Shown piece after piece: positions 28,001 to 38,194 of a stretch of DNA of 64,000 nucleotides. The DNA is from Halobacteriovoraceae bacterium (lineage in GTDB: Bacteria; Bdellovibrionota; Bacteriovoracia; Bacteriovoracales; Bacteriovoracaceae): NCBI GenBank assembly GCA_963719505.1, contig CAVRCF010000002.1, positions 373,323 to 437,322 of the forward strand. The letters are read 5' to 3'. Below the pieces are notes generated by a model. It saw only the letters and a list, made by a program, of their open reading frames with translations, was not told the DNA's origin and did no database searches. Made by a program: the position numbers and the translations under genes. Position 1 is the stretch's first letter. Each line of letters begins with the position of its first letter.

Positions 28001-28579
28001 ATGATTAAATTATTAGTGCTTTTGCTTGTGGCTTCTTGCGCCCATAAAAAAATGGATATCGAAACAACTGGAAAAACAGTTGAGCCTGGCTCGAGTGTTA
28101 CTTTAGGTGGACAAGAAGTTAAGCTTTATAATGAAGGTGGAGTTATAAAAGTGAATAAACCCATCGCAAATTTTATTAAGCCTATTGCAGATCCAAAAAC
28201 TTTTATCGGAAATGTGACTATTATTAATATCGTTCCATCAATCGATACAAAAGTGTGTGAGGAGCAGACCCATATCTTAGGGGAAAGTGACCTCATCTAT
28301 AAAACGATTAAAAGAGTGACTATTAGTCGAGACCTTCCCATGGCCCAAAGTCGTTTTGCCAAAGAGGCTAGTCTAGAAAACATAGTGTACCTCTCCGACT
28401 TCAAGGACTCTTCTTTTGGTAAGAGTTCAGGTCTTTTAATGACTGAAAAAGGTCTTTTAGCCCGTGGCGTAATTGTCACTGACAGAAAAGGAATAATTCG
28501 CTATATGCAGGTTGTACCAGAGGTATCTATACTACCTGACATGAAACAAGCGATAAAATTCGCCAACGACCTTCTCTAG
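28001..28579 (+). CDS. tpx: Thiol peroxidase (Tpx-type peroxiredoxin), predicted lipoprotein
   Basis: VPSIDTKVC, ISRDLPMAQSRF and LARGV; lipobox LVASC after the ATG at 28001 (AAGGA RBS). Confidence 0.8.
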   Translation: MIKLLVLLLVASCAHKKMDIETTGKTVEPGSSVTLGGQEVKLYNEGGVIKVNKPIANFIKPIADPKTFIGNVTIINIVPSIDTKVCEEQTHILGESDLIYKTIKRVTISRDLPMAQSRFAKEASLENIVYLSDFKDSSFGKSSGLLMTEKGLLARGVIVTDRKGIIRYMQVVPEVSILPDMKQAIKFANDLL

Positions 28580-28614
28580 AAATTTAAAATCTGTTTGACG
28601 AGACAAACTTCTGA

Positions 28615-29892
28615 GTGCTAGGCTTAACAATTCTAGCATTTAGGAGTCATTTGAATCTTTTCTTTTTATCCCTCATCGTTTTTTCTTTTTATTCAAAAGT
28701 TTTGGCCAATCCTGTTGATCATTTACTGGGACGGTATATTAAAGATTTTATGCTTGCTCCACCTGCAACTGCGCCTATGGATGATCCTAAAAAATACAGG
28801 CTGGGAAAACTTCTTTTTAGTGAAAAAAAACTCTCATTAATGAATGATAGAAGTTGTCAGTCCTGTCATGACCCGACACTTGGAACAAGTGATGCCTTAC
28901 CATTTTCTTTTGGTACCGATGGGATCACCAATAGAAATAGCCCACACCTGTATAATAAAGGTCATGAAAAGATCAAGCTTCTTTTTTGGGATGGAAGAGT
29001 GAGCTATAATTCCCGTACGAAAACCTATAAAACGCCTGAGCCCCATCTCAACGGAGCAAATCCAAAATATGATTTTATCACCAGTAAAATTGAAAATGTT
29101 TTGGCCATGCAAGCTCTTTTTCCCTTGGTAAATCCAATCGAGATGAGAGGGGAGGTCAACAGTAGTCTCACGAATCTAGAAGTTTGGAAAATGATTGAGA
29201 TAAAAATTTCTAATGATCCAAAATATTCTTTTTGGGATCAAAAAATTGATATTGCCACTATTGCCAATGCTCTTTCCTATTTTCAAAAAATTGAGTTCCA
29301 AGTTAACGACACACCTTTTGATCGATACATTTTGGGTGACTTAAAAGCGTTGGGCCCAAAAGAGAAAAACGGAGCCCTTGTTTTTATGGAGCAAGGAAGA
29401 TGCGTGCGTTGTCACTTTGGTCCTCTTTTGAGTAACCAATTTTTACAAAATATTGGCTCTCCTCAAACTGGAGAAGGTGCAAATACCGACCATGATGATG
29501 AAGGACAATTTGCTTTGACGAGAAATTCAAATCACAAATATGCTTTTCTCAATCAACCCCTTCGAAATGTTGCACTGTCAGCTCCATTTTTTCATAGTGG
29601 AGCTTTCACTTCTATTGAAGAAGTTATCAATCATTACGATGATCCCAAAAAGTCACTCGCCAACTACAATGGAATCACCATGCTAGATACTTATGAATCT
29701 TTATATCCAAGCCCAATATACGTTTTAAAGTCTAGAGTTCTCATTGAAGACAAGTCAAAATTTATCAATAATATTTTGCGCTTTCCACTGAACTTAACTG
29801 ACGACCAAAAAAGAGATCTTGCCTGTTTTGTTAAAAAGTCTCTCACCCAACAGAAGTTTCACTCCAAGCTTGATTTACTTGAGTGTTTTTGA
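28615..29892 (+). CDS. Di-heme cytochrome c peroxidase (CcpA/MauG family)
   Basis: CQSCH and CVRCH; RNSP, FWDGR and LRNVALSAPFFHSG. Start codon uncertain. Confidence 0.85.
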   Translation: MLGLTILAFRSHLNLFFLSLIVFSFYSKVLANPVDHLLGRYIKDFMLAPPATAPMDDPKKYRLGKLLFSEKKLSLMNDRSCQSCHDPTLGTSDALPFSFGTDGITNRNSPHLYNKGHEKIKLLFWDGRVSYNSRTKTYKTPEPHLNGANPKYDFITSKIENVLAMQALFPLVNPIEMRGEVNSSLTNLEVWKMIEIKISNDPKYSFWDQKIDIATIANALSYFQKIEFQVNDTPFDRYILGDLKALGPKEKNGALVFMEQGRCVRCHFGPLLSNQFLQNIGSPQTGEGANTDHDDEGQFALTRNSNHKYAFLNQPLRNVALSAPFFHSGAFTSIEEVINHYDDPKKSLANYNGITMLDTYESLYPSPIYVLKSRVLIEDKSKFINNILRFPLNLTDDQKRDLACFVKKSLTQQKFHSKLDLLECF

Positions 29893-29949
29893 TTTATTTT
29901 TGCTAAAAATTTAAACCGTGATAAAATTTGTTTATATCATGGAGGATAA

Positions 29950-30696
29950 ATGAAAAGGATTTTCATTGCACTATTAATATGTGCTCACGGGGCATATGCA
30001 TCTATGCCAAATCAATACACCCAGTTATTACCATTTGTTCAAGAGTCACCAGATCAAGGGGATGTTGCATCTTGTATGTTCATGGCCACGACAGGATCTA
30101 TCGAGCTTTTGCTAAACCAAAAGTACGATATTCGCTATCCCACAAAAGGTGAGCTATTTGATATTTCTGAAAGGTTTACGATGAATATGAGTGGTACTCG
30201 AGGATCTTCTTGGCATCTTGGAGCTTTATCAAAGTTGAATCAAAATTGGGCCATTGCCGAAAGTGACTTACCCTTTTCAGCTTGGACCGAATCTGGACAG
30301 GTAGATAGATCAATGTGGAGAAGGCCAGCAGATTTTTATAAACTTCCTAGAATGAAAATTGATCACACTTTTAGTGCGAAAAGACTTTTTATTAGAGGAA
30401 AGAAATACGCCAAGTACGTTATTAAGCCCGGGGATATTGACCTTGTGAAAAAAGCATTGGTTGAAAATAACGCACCGGTATTAATTAATTATAACCATAA
30501 TGGATGGTGGCATATGATTAATATCGTAGGATTCGATGATAATGCCAAAGGGGAGTGTACGCATACACCTGAACCTCAATGCACTCAAATGGGTGGCTTT
30601 TATGTAAGAGATTCACTGGGAAAGAGCGTTCATTTAAGATCTTATGACTGGTTTAGAGTTAACGTGAATGCCGCTTTTAGTGTCACTATGAATTAG
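29950..30696 (+). CDS. Secreted papain-like (C1) cysteine peptidase
   Basis: DQGDVASC, WHMINIVGFDD and YVRDSLG; signal peptide. Confidence 0.7.
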   Translation: MKRIFIALLICAHGAYASMPNQYTQLLPFVQESPDQGDVASCMFMATTGSIELLLNQKYDIRYPTKGELFDISERFTMNMSGTRGSSWHLGALSKLNQNWAIAESDLPFSAWTESGQVDRSMWRRPADFYKLPRMKIDHTFSAKRLFIRGKKYAKYVIKPGDIDLVKKALVENNAPVLINYNHNGWWHMINIVGFDDNAKGECTHTPEPQCTQMGGFYVRDSLGKSVHLRSYDWFRVNVNAAFSVTMN

Positions 30697-30766
30697 TATA
30701 GTTATTTTCACATTAACTAAACGTTAAAGAAGTCTTTTATCTCTAGTTGTTTGATAGCTTAGAGAA

Positions 30767-31309
30767 ATGAAAACTAAGCTATCATTTTTACTTTTACTTC
30801 TCTCTTTCGCCGGCTTTTCAGCACCAAAAAATAGTGAGATTTTAATCAATGGCTACTCTGAGTTGTATTCAAACTTTGAAACGATGACGATGTCAGATTT
30901 GATTATCACCTTTAAGTTTGAGTCAGATAAAGTCGAAAAGCTCAGTTCAAAAGTGACATCACTGGGTGAAAAAATGACGAAGGATCTTAAAGCTCTCAAA
31001 AAGAAATCTTCTTGGCTAAAGTTAAATGATGAGGGGCAATCCAAATTTTCAAAAAAAGTTTCTGAAGTTTCTAAAGAAAGAAGAGTGATGGGACTAATGC
31101 CACTGATAGGCAAAGATCAGAAAGCTTTCGAAAGAAGTCTTTTGTTTCTCTACGGCGTTCTTGCTCAGAGTAATATAGATAAAATAAAAGTTTTAAAACA
31201 ATTGGAAACAGACCAGGACAGAATCCAATTCCTAACACTTGCAAATAAGAAACTTCAAGACTTAGACTCACAGGCAAGTACTATGCTTGAAAAATACTAC
31301 TTTCAATAA
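30767..31309 (+). CDS. Secreted alpha-helical hypothetical protein
   Basis: Signal peptide; no recognised motif. Confidence 0.55.
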   Translation: MKTKLSFLLLLLSFAGFSAPKNSEILINGYSELYSNFETMTMSDLIITFKFESDKVEKLSSKVTSLGEKMTKDLKALKKKSSWLKLNDEGQSKFSKKVSEVSKERRVMGLMPLIGKDQKAFERSLLFLYGVLAQSNIDKIKVLKQLETDQDRIQFLTLANKKLQDLDSQASTMLEKYYFQ

Positions 31310-31982
31310 GTCATTTCAGCACTATAACTGCTTAATATCATCATTGATTAGAATCATTCCTTCATGTAACCTTTTCTCTATAATAGAAGTATTAAGTTTT
31401 AAGGACAAATGGGATGGACCAAACACACCTAGTAAGACAGCGAGGATAGATGCAAAGCTTAGAGGCTTATTTCTCTTGTCAGCGGACGGTTGCGCCAAGT
31501 CTTATAGGAAGTTCTTAGAAGGTGTTCAAGAAATACTCTTGAAGTTCTACAGTAAGGGAAGCTTTAAGTTTTCTCCAAGCGATATCGAAGAATTGAGCCA
31601 AGAGGCACTTCTTAAGATTCATCGCTTTAAAGGGTCTTATGATATGAGCTACCCAATAACACCTTGGATATATGCTGTCGCAACAAATGTAGCAAATGAT
31701 AGATTTAAAGAGATTAGTAAAGACTCCAATATAAAAATGTCCTTGAAGTTTGAGGAAGTTGTTGATTCTTTTGAAATTAATATTGCTTTAAAACAAGAGC
31801 TTGAGACTTTATTGGAGAAACTAACTGAGAACCAAAGATATGTTTTACAATTATCTAAAGGTCTAGGTTTTTCAAATAAAGAGGTCTCTTCTCAAACCGG
31901 CATGGGGATATCGGCAATAAAAGTTAGTATTCATAGATCTTTAAAGTTATTGCGTGGGAAAGGTAGAAAGAATGAAAAGTAA
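31287..31982 (+). CDS. ECF RNA polymerase sigma factor (true start probably near 31410)
   Basis: Region 2 DIEELSQEALLKIH...PWIYAVA.N...D; region 4 G.SNKEVS..TG....IKVSIHR. Confidence 0.8.
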   Translation: MKNTTFNKSFQHYNCLISSLIRIIPSCNLFSIIEVLSFKDKWDGPNTPSKTARIDAKLRGLFLLSADGCAKSYRKFLEGVQEILLKFYSKGSFKFSPSDIEELSQEALLKIHRFKGSYDMSYPITPWIYAVATNVANDRFKEISKDSNIKMSLKFEEVVDSFEINIALKQELETLLEKLTENQRYVLQLSKGLGFSNKEVSSQTGMGISAIKVSIHRSLKLLRGKGRKNEK

Positions 31983-32598
31983 TCTTGATTTTCTTGTTAA
32001 AGACGAAAGTCGTTTTAAACCCATGTTAAGGGAGAAGCTTTTCGTTTCAATCTATGTGATCCTCATTCTCGCGACTTACTTCTTATGTGTAACTCTGATT
32101 GATATTAGAAGAGATGATGATCTGACTGCTGGATACTTCTACTTTGAAACTTTTCTCCTCTTTGCTGTTGCTCTCTTTTCAAGTGTCTTAACTTATAGGC
32201 TACTGACTCCAGCAAAAAATATAGGCAACTTGGCAAAACTTTTTTCAGTGTCTTTATTGGCCTATCTTGGTTCACTCCTTTACAGAATTCCTAAGAGCGA
32301 TATGCTAAGCCAATTTTATCTCGAAACTGATATGAGTAGAGGAGGTTGTGGGGTTCTTATAACTATTTTTTCACTATCAAGCTTCTTTGTTCTCTATCAT
32401 TTTGTTCTTAAAAATGGGTATGTTTTCAAAAAAGCTTTATTTAGTTTATCTCTGGCCTGTGCAACTTGCTCAATAGGAGCTATTTCAATGCAGGTCATTT
32501 GTGAGCACGAATCAGTGGCACATGTTCTCGTTTATCATGCACCACCATTCATTGCTTTGGGTTTAATCTTTTTTATTTGGCAAAAACGAACCTCTTAG
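31972..32598 (+). CDS. NrsF/DUF1109-type membrane anti-sigma factor
   Basis: Six TM segments with conserved Cys and C.HES..H...YH, directly after the ECF sigma. Confidence 0.65.
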   Translation: MKSNLDFLVKDESRFKPMLREKLFVSIYVILILATYFLCVTLIDIRRDDDLTAGYFYFETFLLFAVALFSSVLTYRLLTPAKNIGNLAKLFSVSLLAYLGSLLYRIPKSDMLSQFYLETDMSRGGCGVLITIFSLSSFFVLYHFVLKNGYVFKKALFSLSLACATCSIGAISMQVICEHESVAHVLVYHAPPFIALGLIFFIWQKRTS

Positions 32599-32600
32599 TT

Positions 32601-33266
32601 TTACCAAGGAAGTTCTTCTCCATTTGAGTGAAAGAAGTGACCAGAAACCTTATAGTCTAATGACTCCATAACCTTCATTATTCCTACAGCACTTTCTTTT
32701 GGTGTTAAATGACCTGATCCATTGGTCATGTCCGTTTGAACGTAGCCAGGATGGAGAACCGCGACGTTAATTCCATCGCTTTTAAGATCTATACTCAAAC
32801 CTTTACCAGCACAATTGAGGGCACACTTACTCATTCTGTAAGAATATTTATCTCCACTTGTATTGTCTTCAATACTGCCCATTCGTGAACTCATAAGGCC
32901 TATTTTTGACCCCTTGGGAAGAAGGTGTCTAAAAGCATTTACTGTTTTTAGGGGAGCAATAGCATTAACTTCAAATGACTCTGTAAAGTGGTCCCAATTC
33001 ACATCGGAAAACAAATTGTCATCTCTCCAAATTCCTGAAACGTGAAGAAGCATATCAAAACTTTGTCCTTTGAGTTGAGCGGCAATTTTTTCAAGGCTTG
33101 TCACATCACTAACATCGGCTCCTTCGATAACTGTAACATTATCAAGAGCATCGAGATCTTTTGACGATTTTCTGCATAGCGCTGTGACCTCATAATCTTT
33201 GGCATATTCTTTTGTAAGGGCCAGGCCAATTCCTCGATTGCTGCCTACGATCATTATTTTTTTCAT
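32601..33266 (-). CDS. SDR oxidoreductase (CsgA/C-factor-like)
   Basis: GSNRGIG, SSRMGSIEDN, YRMSK and LHPGYVQTDM. Confidence 0.9.
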   Translation of the reverse strand: MKKIMIVGSNRGIGLALTKEYAKDYEVTALCRKSSKDLDALDNVTVIEGADVSDVTSLEKIAAQLKGQSFDMLLHVSGIWRDDNLFSDVNWDHFTESFEVNAIAPLKTVNAFRHLLPKGSKIGLMSSRMGSIEDNTSGDKYSYRMSKCALNCAGKGLSIDLKSDGINVAVLHPGYVQTDMTNGSGHLTPKESAVGIMKVMESLDYKVSGHFFHSNGEELPW

Positions 33267-33352
33267 ATAAACTCCTTTGTTTGAACAATTCTAAACAATT
33301 TCTCTAATATTGTAAGTTTAGTTTTCGTCTTTAAGTATGTTAGTCTGTTCAC

Positions 33353-34138
33353 ATGAAAACTCTCGTTATTCTTATTCCAGGTAACCCAAGCGTCCCAGGG
33401 GTCTATGAACCTTTTATGAGTCAGCTGAGAGACGATTTCAATATCAGTGGAGAGATCGTTACGGAGATACTGCACCATTTAGGACAATGCAATACCAAAG
33501 GTGTGAAGTTACCAAAGATATCTCTAAACCAAGTAATAGAGGATCATAAAAGCTCTATTATTAGGCTTATAAATGAACACAAAGCGCAAAGGGTTTACTT
33601 AGTTTCTCATTCGCTTGGGAGTGCCGTCTCTATTAGTCTCAATGATTTTCTTAAAGAGAGCATTGATAAGTTTTTTATTCTTTGCCCGTTCATGGGACCA
33701 AGTGAGCAAAATATGTCTTATCTAAAGGTGTTTAAAAATCCAATCTCTCGATATGGAATGTCTTTGGGATCAAAAGCTATTCTTTCAAATAGTCATATCT
33801 CAAAAAAATTCTTTTCAAGGTGGTTGGGAGATAACGATCTGAATGATGTTATTATTAATGAAATAAAAAAACCAAACTATATCGATCACTTCTTCTCTTT
33901 AGTGTCGGGCTATTTTGAAGACTTCGAAAGACTCAATGTCAAAGAAGCTGTTCAAAAGCTTGACCCAGAGAAAACATTTTTCATTTTTGCAAAGAATGAT
34001 TTTTGGGTACCAATTGAATATACAAAGCTAATTCCAAAGAATTCGAAGTACGAAGTGTTAGAAGATATCTCTCATGATTTTTGTCTCTTTGATGATCAGT
34101 ATAAAAAGGTGTCTAAAGTTATTTCAAGTCAGATTTAG
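33353..34138 (+). CDS. Alpha/beta hydrolase, LDAH (DUF2305)-like
   Basis: IPGNP...Y..F, SHSLG nucleophile elbow, D.WVP and HDF. Confidence 0.7.
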   Translation: MKTLVILIPGNPSVPGVYEPFMSQLRDDFNISGEIVTEILHHLGQCNTKGVKLPKISLNQVIEDHKSSIIRLINEHKAQRVYLVSHSLGSAVSISLNDFLKESIDKFFILCPFMGPSEQNMSYLKVFKNPISRYGMSLGSKAILSNSHISKKFFSRWLGDNDLNDVIINEIKKPNYIDHFFSLVSGYFEDFERLNVKEAVQKLDPEKTFFIFAKNDFWVPIEYTKLIPKNSKYEVLEDISHDFCLFDDQYKKVSKVISSQI

Positions 34139-34170
34139 AAGTTAAGAAGTATGATTTAAAAGGTTGTTTC

Positions 34171-34635
34171 GTGGAAGATTTATTGCAAAGCCCTTGGCTG
34201 TTAGTTTCATTTATTTTTATTTTTCTTGAGCTTTTTTTCGCAAGAAGGATCTTGTTCTTTTTAGGTGTTGCTTGTCTAGGAGTCGCTCTCACGACTGAGT
34301 ATTTACAACTAAAGAGCTTGGAAAGTGAAATTAAGGTTTTTATAGCCTATAGCCTTTTTTCTTTAGGAGTATTAAGGTATGTCACGAGAAAAATTTCACC
34401 GGTAACAATTATTGAGACGACCTTTAAAAAAGAGTCAAAGCTTTATGGTAAGTACGGCGTGGTGGTAGAAACGATAAAAGTCGCCAAAAAGGGAAGAGTT
34501 AAGATTGGTAAAAGAATTTTCTTAGCGAAAACAAAAGAAAAGTCTGATATCAAAATGGGTGAAGAAATAAAGATCTCCGGCAAAGATAAACGATGCTTTA
34601 TTGTAGAGAGAAATGTCAATCGCGTCTTTATGTAG
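34171..34635 (+). CDS. NfeD-like membrane protein
   Basis: N-terminal TMs (FLEL); C-terminal OB-like LYGKYGVVVETI...GRVKI. Confidence 0.65.
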   Translation: MEDLLQSPWLLVSFIFIFLELFFARRILFFLGVACLGVALTTEYLQLKSLESEIKVFIAYSLFSLGVLRYVTRKISPVTIIETTFKKESKLYGKYGVVVETIKVAKKGRVKIGKRIFLAKTKEKSDIKMGEEIKISGKDKRCFIVERNVNRVFM

Positions 34636-34652
34636 GGCGATCAGTCCTTAAG

Positions 34653-35408
34653 CTATCGCAGGGCTTCTTCTAAAGCCAAAGATGCATTACTTTTATCGTC
34701 CCTATATTTTATAATAATAGGGGTCGAGATTTGAAGTCCTAATTCTTTTCCAAATTTAGTCTTTACAGGCCTTGAACCAGGAACAACCACAGCATTTTCA
34801 GGTATATCAGCACCTCTTTCTAATATTTTCTCGTTAACACAATCATAAACAGCGACAGCTTTAGACAGTGTAACCCCCGGCGCGATCACTGCATTTTTTC
34901 GAACGACAATACCTTCAACAATAACAGAGCCAGCTCCTATAAAAACATTGTCTTCAATAATCACTGGTGCAAGGCCTATTGGCTCTAGCACACCACCTAT
35001 TTGAACTCCTGCTGATAAATGAACATTCTTTCCTATTTGAGCACAACTTCCAACAAGGGCATGGCTATCCACCATGGAACCTTCATCGATAAAGGCACCA
35101 ATATTAACATAAGCCGGCGGCATAATGATAACGCTTGCTTTGACACACGCACCTCTTCGGACACTTGATCCACCTGGTACCAGTCTCACACCATCTTCTA
35201 TTTTGAATTCGCGAGCGGGTAGGTTGTGCTTATCAACAAAGCCTTTGTAGTTTCCAGTGCATCCAGTGTTATTACCATTTTTAAAAACCTCTAAAATACC
35301 TTTTTTGACATCAGTATTGGCACTCCAATTTCCTTCGTGATCTCTAATCGCTGAACGTTGTTCGCCGCTTTCAAGCCTATTGAGAAAATTTTCTATTTCA
35401 GTGCTCAT
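34653..35408 (-). CDS. dapD: Tetrahydrodipicolinate N-succinyltransferase
   Basis: [37 protein letters not shown]. Confidence 0.9.
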   Translation of the reverse strand: MSTEIENFLNRLESGEQRSAIRDHEGNWSANTDVKKGILEVFKNGNNTGCTGNYKGFVDKHNLPAREFKIEDGVRLVPGGSSVRRGACVKASVIIMPPAYVNIGAFIDEGSMVDSHALVGSCAQIGKNVHLSAGVQIGGVLEPIGLAPVIIEDNVFIGAGSVIVEGIVVRKNAVIAPGVTLSKAVAVYDCVNEKILERGADIPENAVVVPGSRPVKTKFGKELGLQISTPIIIKYRDDKSNASLALEEALR

Positions 35409-36289
35409 AATATTTCCTTTTTATACCAGTTGAGAATATTTGTATCTGCCGTCTTTAATGGATCAGTATCTTTGGTTTCCAAAGACGTGAGAGGTAATCT
35501 AAGTGTTGGATGAGAAATAATTCCCTTCAAGTGGAGTAAAACTTTTGTCGGTATAGGATTCGATTGCATAAAGAGTGCATCTATCGCTGGCGCCCATACA
35601 CTTTGGAGGCCTGTGTCTTCTTTATCAAGGGCCAGCTTTACATAATGGGAAGTTTCTTTTGGCCATATATTTCCAGCGACACTTACAAGTCCACTGATAC
35701 CAATTTTGGCTTGATCGACAATTAGCCCATCTTCCCCTGAGAAAATTTTAACATTCCCACAAACGCTTTGGTAAAGTTTAAGCTCTTCCAAGCTGCCACT
35801 GGCTTCTTTTAAAGCCCAAAAGTTTTTGTGATCATTCAGCCTTCTCACCACTTCTTGATGCAGTTTAACTCCTGTTCTGGAGGGGACGTTGTATAGCATT
35901 GTTGGTCGATTAGTGTGATCCAGAAGTTCTTTGAACCAGAGGGTTTGACCCTCTACTCCAGGTTTTGAATAAAGGGGACAAGGCATTAAAAAAGACTTAA
36001 CCTGTTCAAAGTTTTCACAGTAGGATATCCAAGATTTTTGTTCTTTAAGGTTTGCTCCACCAACACCTACCATGAGAGGTGATGTTAAGTTTTGTTGAGA
36101 TGCAAACTCTACTATTTTTTCTCTATCTTCGACAGATAGTGCAAGGGCTTCCCCCGTACTTCCAAGAAGAACAATTCCGTTGCTGGCTTCTTCTTGTCTC
36201 AAAAGAACTTTTGAAAAAGATTGATAGTCTATTGATCCATCTTCTTTCATTGGGGTAATAATTGCTGTCCAAAGGTGCTTCTTAAACAT
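35405..36289 (-). CDS. dapA: 4-hydroxy-tetrahydrodipicolinate synthase
   Basis: [30 protein letters not shown] and NPIP. Confidence 0.9.
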   Translation of the reverse strand: MFKKHLWTAIITPMKEDGSIDYQSFSKVLLRQEEASNGIVLLGSTGEALALSVEDREKIVEFASQQNLTSPLMVGVGGANLKEQKSWISYCENFEQVKSFLMPCPLYSKPGVEGQTLWFKELLDHTNRPTMLYNVPSRTGVKLHQEVVRRLNDHKNFWALKEASGSLEELKLYQSVCGNVKIFSGEDGLIVDQAKIGISGLVSVAGNIWPKETSHYVKLALDKEDTGLQSVWAPAIDALFMQSNPIPTKVLLHLKGIISHPTLRLPLTSLETKDTDPLKTADTNILNWYKKEIL

Positions 36290-36949
36290 TTCTATCCTTT
36301 AAATATTTATCAACGATACTTTCAAAACTATGGAGACCGAATTCCATCGGGACTTGTGAAACCATTTTTGCACACCAAATAGCTCCTTGGGCAAAAAGCT
36401 CTCTATCTTTCGCTTCGTGGATAATAGAAATTTTTTCATTAGTGGTTTCAATATGAGCTTCATGGGTGCCGACTATATCTGCGCGGCGAAAAGACTTTAT
36501 TTCAGCTTTGTTCTCTAACCACTCATTCCATAAAAATGGGCCGTTCCACTTGGAGCATCTTTTTTATCGGTATGATGAGTCTCAGAAATTGTAATAGTTG
36601 GATCTTTCAAAAGGACTAAAAGAGAGTTTATTTGATTTATCGCTTTTCTCACCAGCAGCATTCCTAAAGAAAAGTTTGCGGCAAAAATCCATGTCTTTTT
36701 ATTCTCTTTAATTTTCGTCCTCATCTGTTGGGTCCATTCGATACCAGTTGTACCAATAATAATCGGACAATTTAGAGTGAGAAGTAGATTAAAGTTTTCC
36801 AAAAAACCGCTGGCAGGAATGAAGACAATAAGTGCATCTAGAGGAGTTTTGTTTGTGGGAAGGTTTTGTGAATCATAGACCATTGTTGTGCCAAGCATCT
36901 CAATGACTTTTGCGCCCGTTTTACCTTTTCCAAATACACCTATGTTCAT
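36282..36949 (-). CDS. dapB: 4-hydroxy-tetrahydrodipicolinate reductase, one frameshift near 36539
   Basis: GKGKTG, IGTTG, NFSLG and ETHHTDKKDAPSGTA. Removing one base continues into ...IVGTH...HEAKDRELFAQGA, with a stop overlapping the dapA start. Confidence 0.85.
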
Positions 36950-37111
36950 AAAAATTCCTTCGTCACTATTTTGCCTCAATGAGCGAGTAGCTGTAAAGGG
37001 TTTGTCTTAAGACATTTCTAAATGTGTAGATTTAATCATGAAAGCTAAATTGCTAAATGAATCTTTTATTGGGGATGTCCCGTCTAATAGTCACATATAA
37101 AGGAGAGTTAT

Positions 37112-38194
37112 ATGGATACAATTTTCGAGCCAATACAGATGAAAAGTTTAAACTTTAAAAACAAAGTGGTCATGGCACCAATGACAAGAAGTAGAGCGGA
37201 TAAGTCGGGAAAACCAACAAGTATGATGGCCGATTACTATTCCCAGCGCTGTGGAGCTGGACTTATTATCAGTGAGGCAACGAATATCTCAAAAGAAGCC
37301 TATGGCTATGAGCTAACTCCTGGCATTTTCACCAGTGAGCAGATAGAAGGTTGGAAGGAAGTGACAAAAGCTGTGCACGAAAAAGAGGGAAAAATCTTTT
37401 GCCAATTATGGCATTGTGGAAGAATTTCTCATGATGAACTTCAACCAAACAATGATTTACCGGTGGCTCCAAGTGCCTTAAATCCAGATGCAGAAGCATT
37501 TGTTAATGGCGAAAAGAAAAAGACGCCAACTCCTCGCGCGCTTGAAACAGACGAGATTCCAAGAATTATTGAACAGTATGTTGCAGCTGCAAAAAACGCT
37601 ATTGAAGCTGGGTTTGATGGAGTGGAAGTTCACTCAGCTAACGGCTATCTCCTTCATCAATTTATTTCAGACTCTTCAAACAAAAGAGAAGATCAATATG
37701 GAGGCTCAATCGAAAACCGAAGTCGTTTCACTTTGGATACGGTATCAGCAGTTGCTAAGGCCATTGGGGCGGAAAAAGTGGGAATTCGCCTTGCTCCAGT
37801 TTCTGATTTTAATAATGTGCAAACAAAAGAGCCCCAGAAGGTTTATGAGTATATAGTGGAGAAATTAAATGAATTAGAAATTGGCTATATCCATATTATA
37901 GAAGGAAGAACCCAAGGTGATAGAGATTATCTAGACTTTGATTATCAATCTTTAAAAAAGAAATTTAGTGGGCTCTATATCGGAAATAATAATTATGATC
38001 TAAAATTGGCCAAGAGTAGAATGAGTGAAGGTCGTATCGACATGGTCTGTTTTGGAAGACCTTTTATTGCGAACCCAGATCTTGTGACTCGATTTAAAGA
38101 AAATGCTTCTATGAATGAAGTTGATGAGGATACAATGTATGCTGGCGGAGAGGAAGGATATATTGATTATCCAAAAATGGGAGAAAGAAAATAA
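37112..38194 (+). CDS. Old yellow enzyme / alkene reductase (NemA-like)
   Basis: MAPMTRSRA, QLWHCGRISH, GFDGVEVHSANGYL and FGRPFIANPDL. Confidence 0.9.
   Translation: MDTIFEPIQMKSLNFKNKVVMAPMTRSRADKSGKPTSMMADYYSQRCGAGLIISEATNISKEAYGYELTPGIFTSEQIEGWKEVTKAVHEKEGKIFCQLWHCGRISHDELQPNNDLPVAPSALNPDAEAFVNGEKKKTPTPRALETDEIPRIIEQYVAAAKNAIEAGFDGVEVHSANGYLLHQFISDSSNKREDQYGGSIENRSRFTLDTVSAVAKAIGAEKVGIRLAPVSDFNNVQTKEPQKVYEYIVEKLNELEIGYIHIIEGRTQGDRDYLDFDYQSLKKKFSGLYIGNNNYDLKLAKSRMSEGRIDMVCFGRPFIANPDLVTRFKENASMNEVDEDTMYAGGEEGYIDYPKMGERK

Noticed and set aside
36950-37111. Lysine riboswitch upstream of dapB-dapA-dapD
   Set aside because: Only about 160 bp shared with a divergent gene, and no recognisable L-box sequence or terminator.
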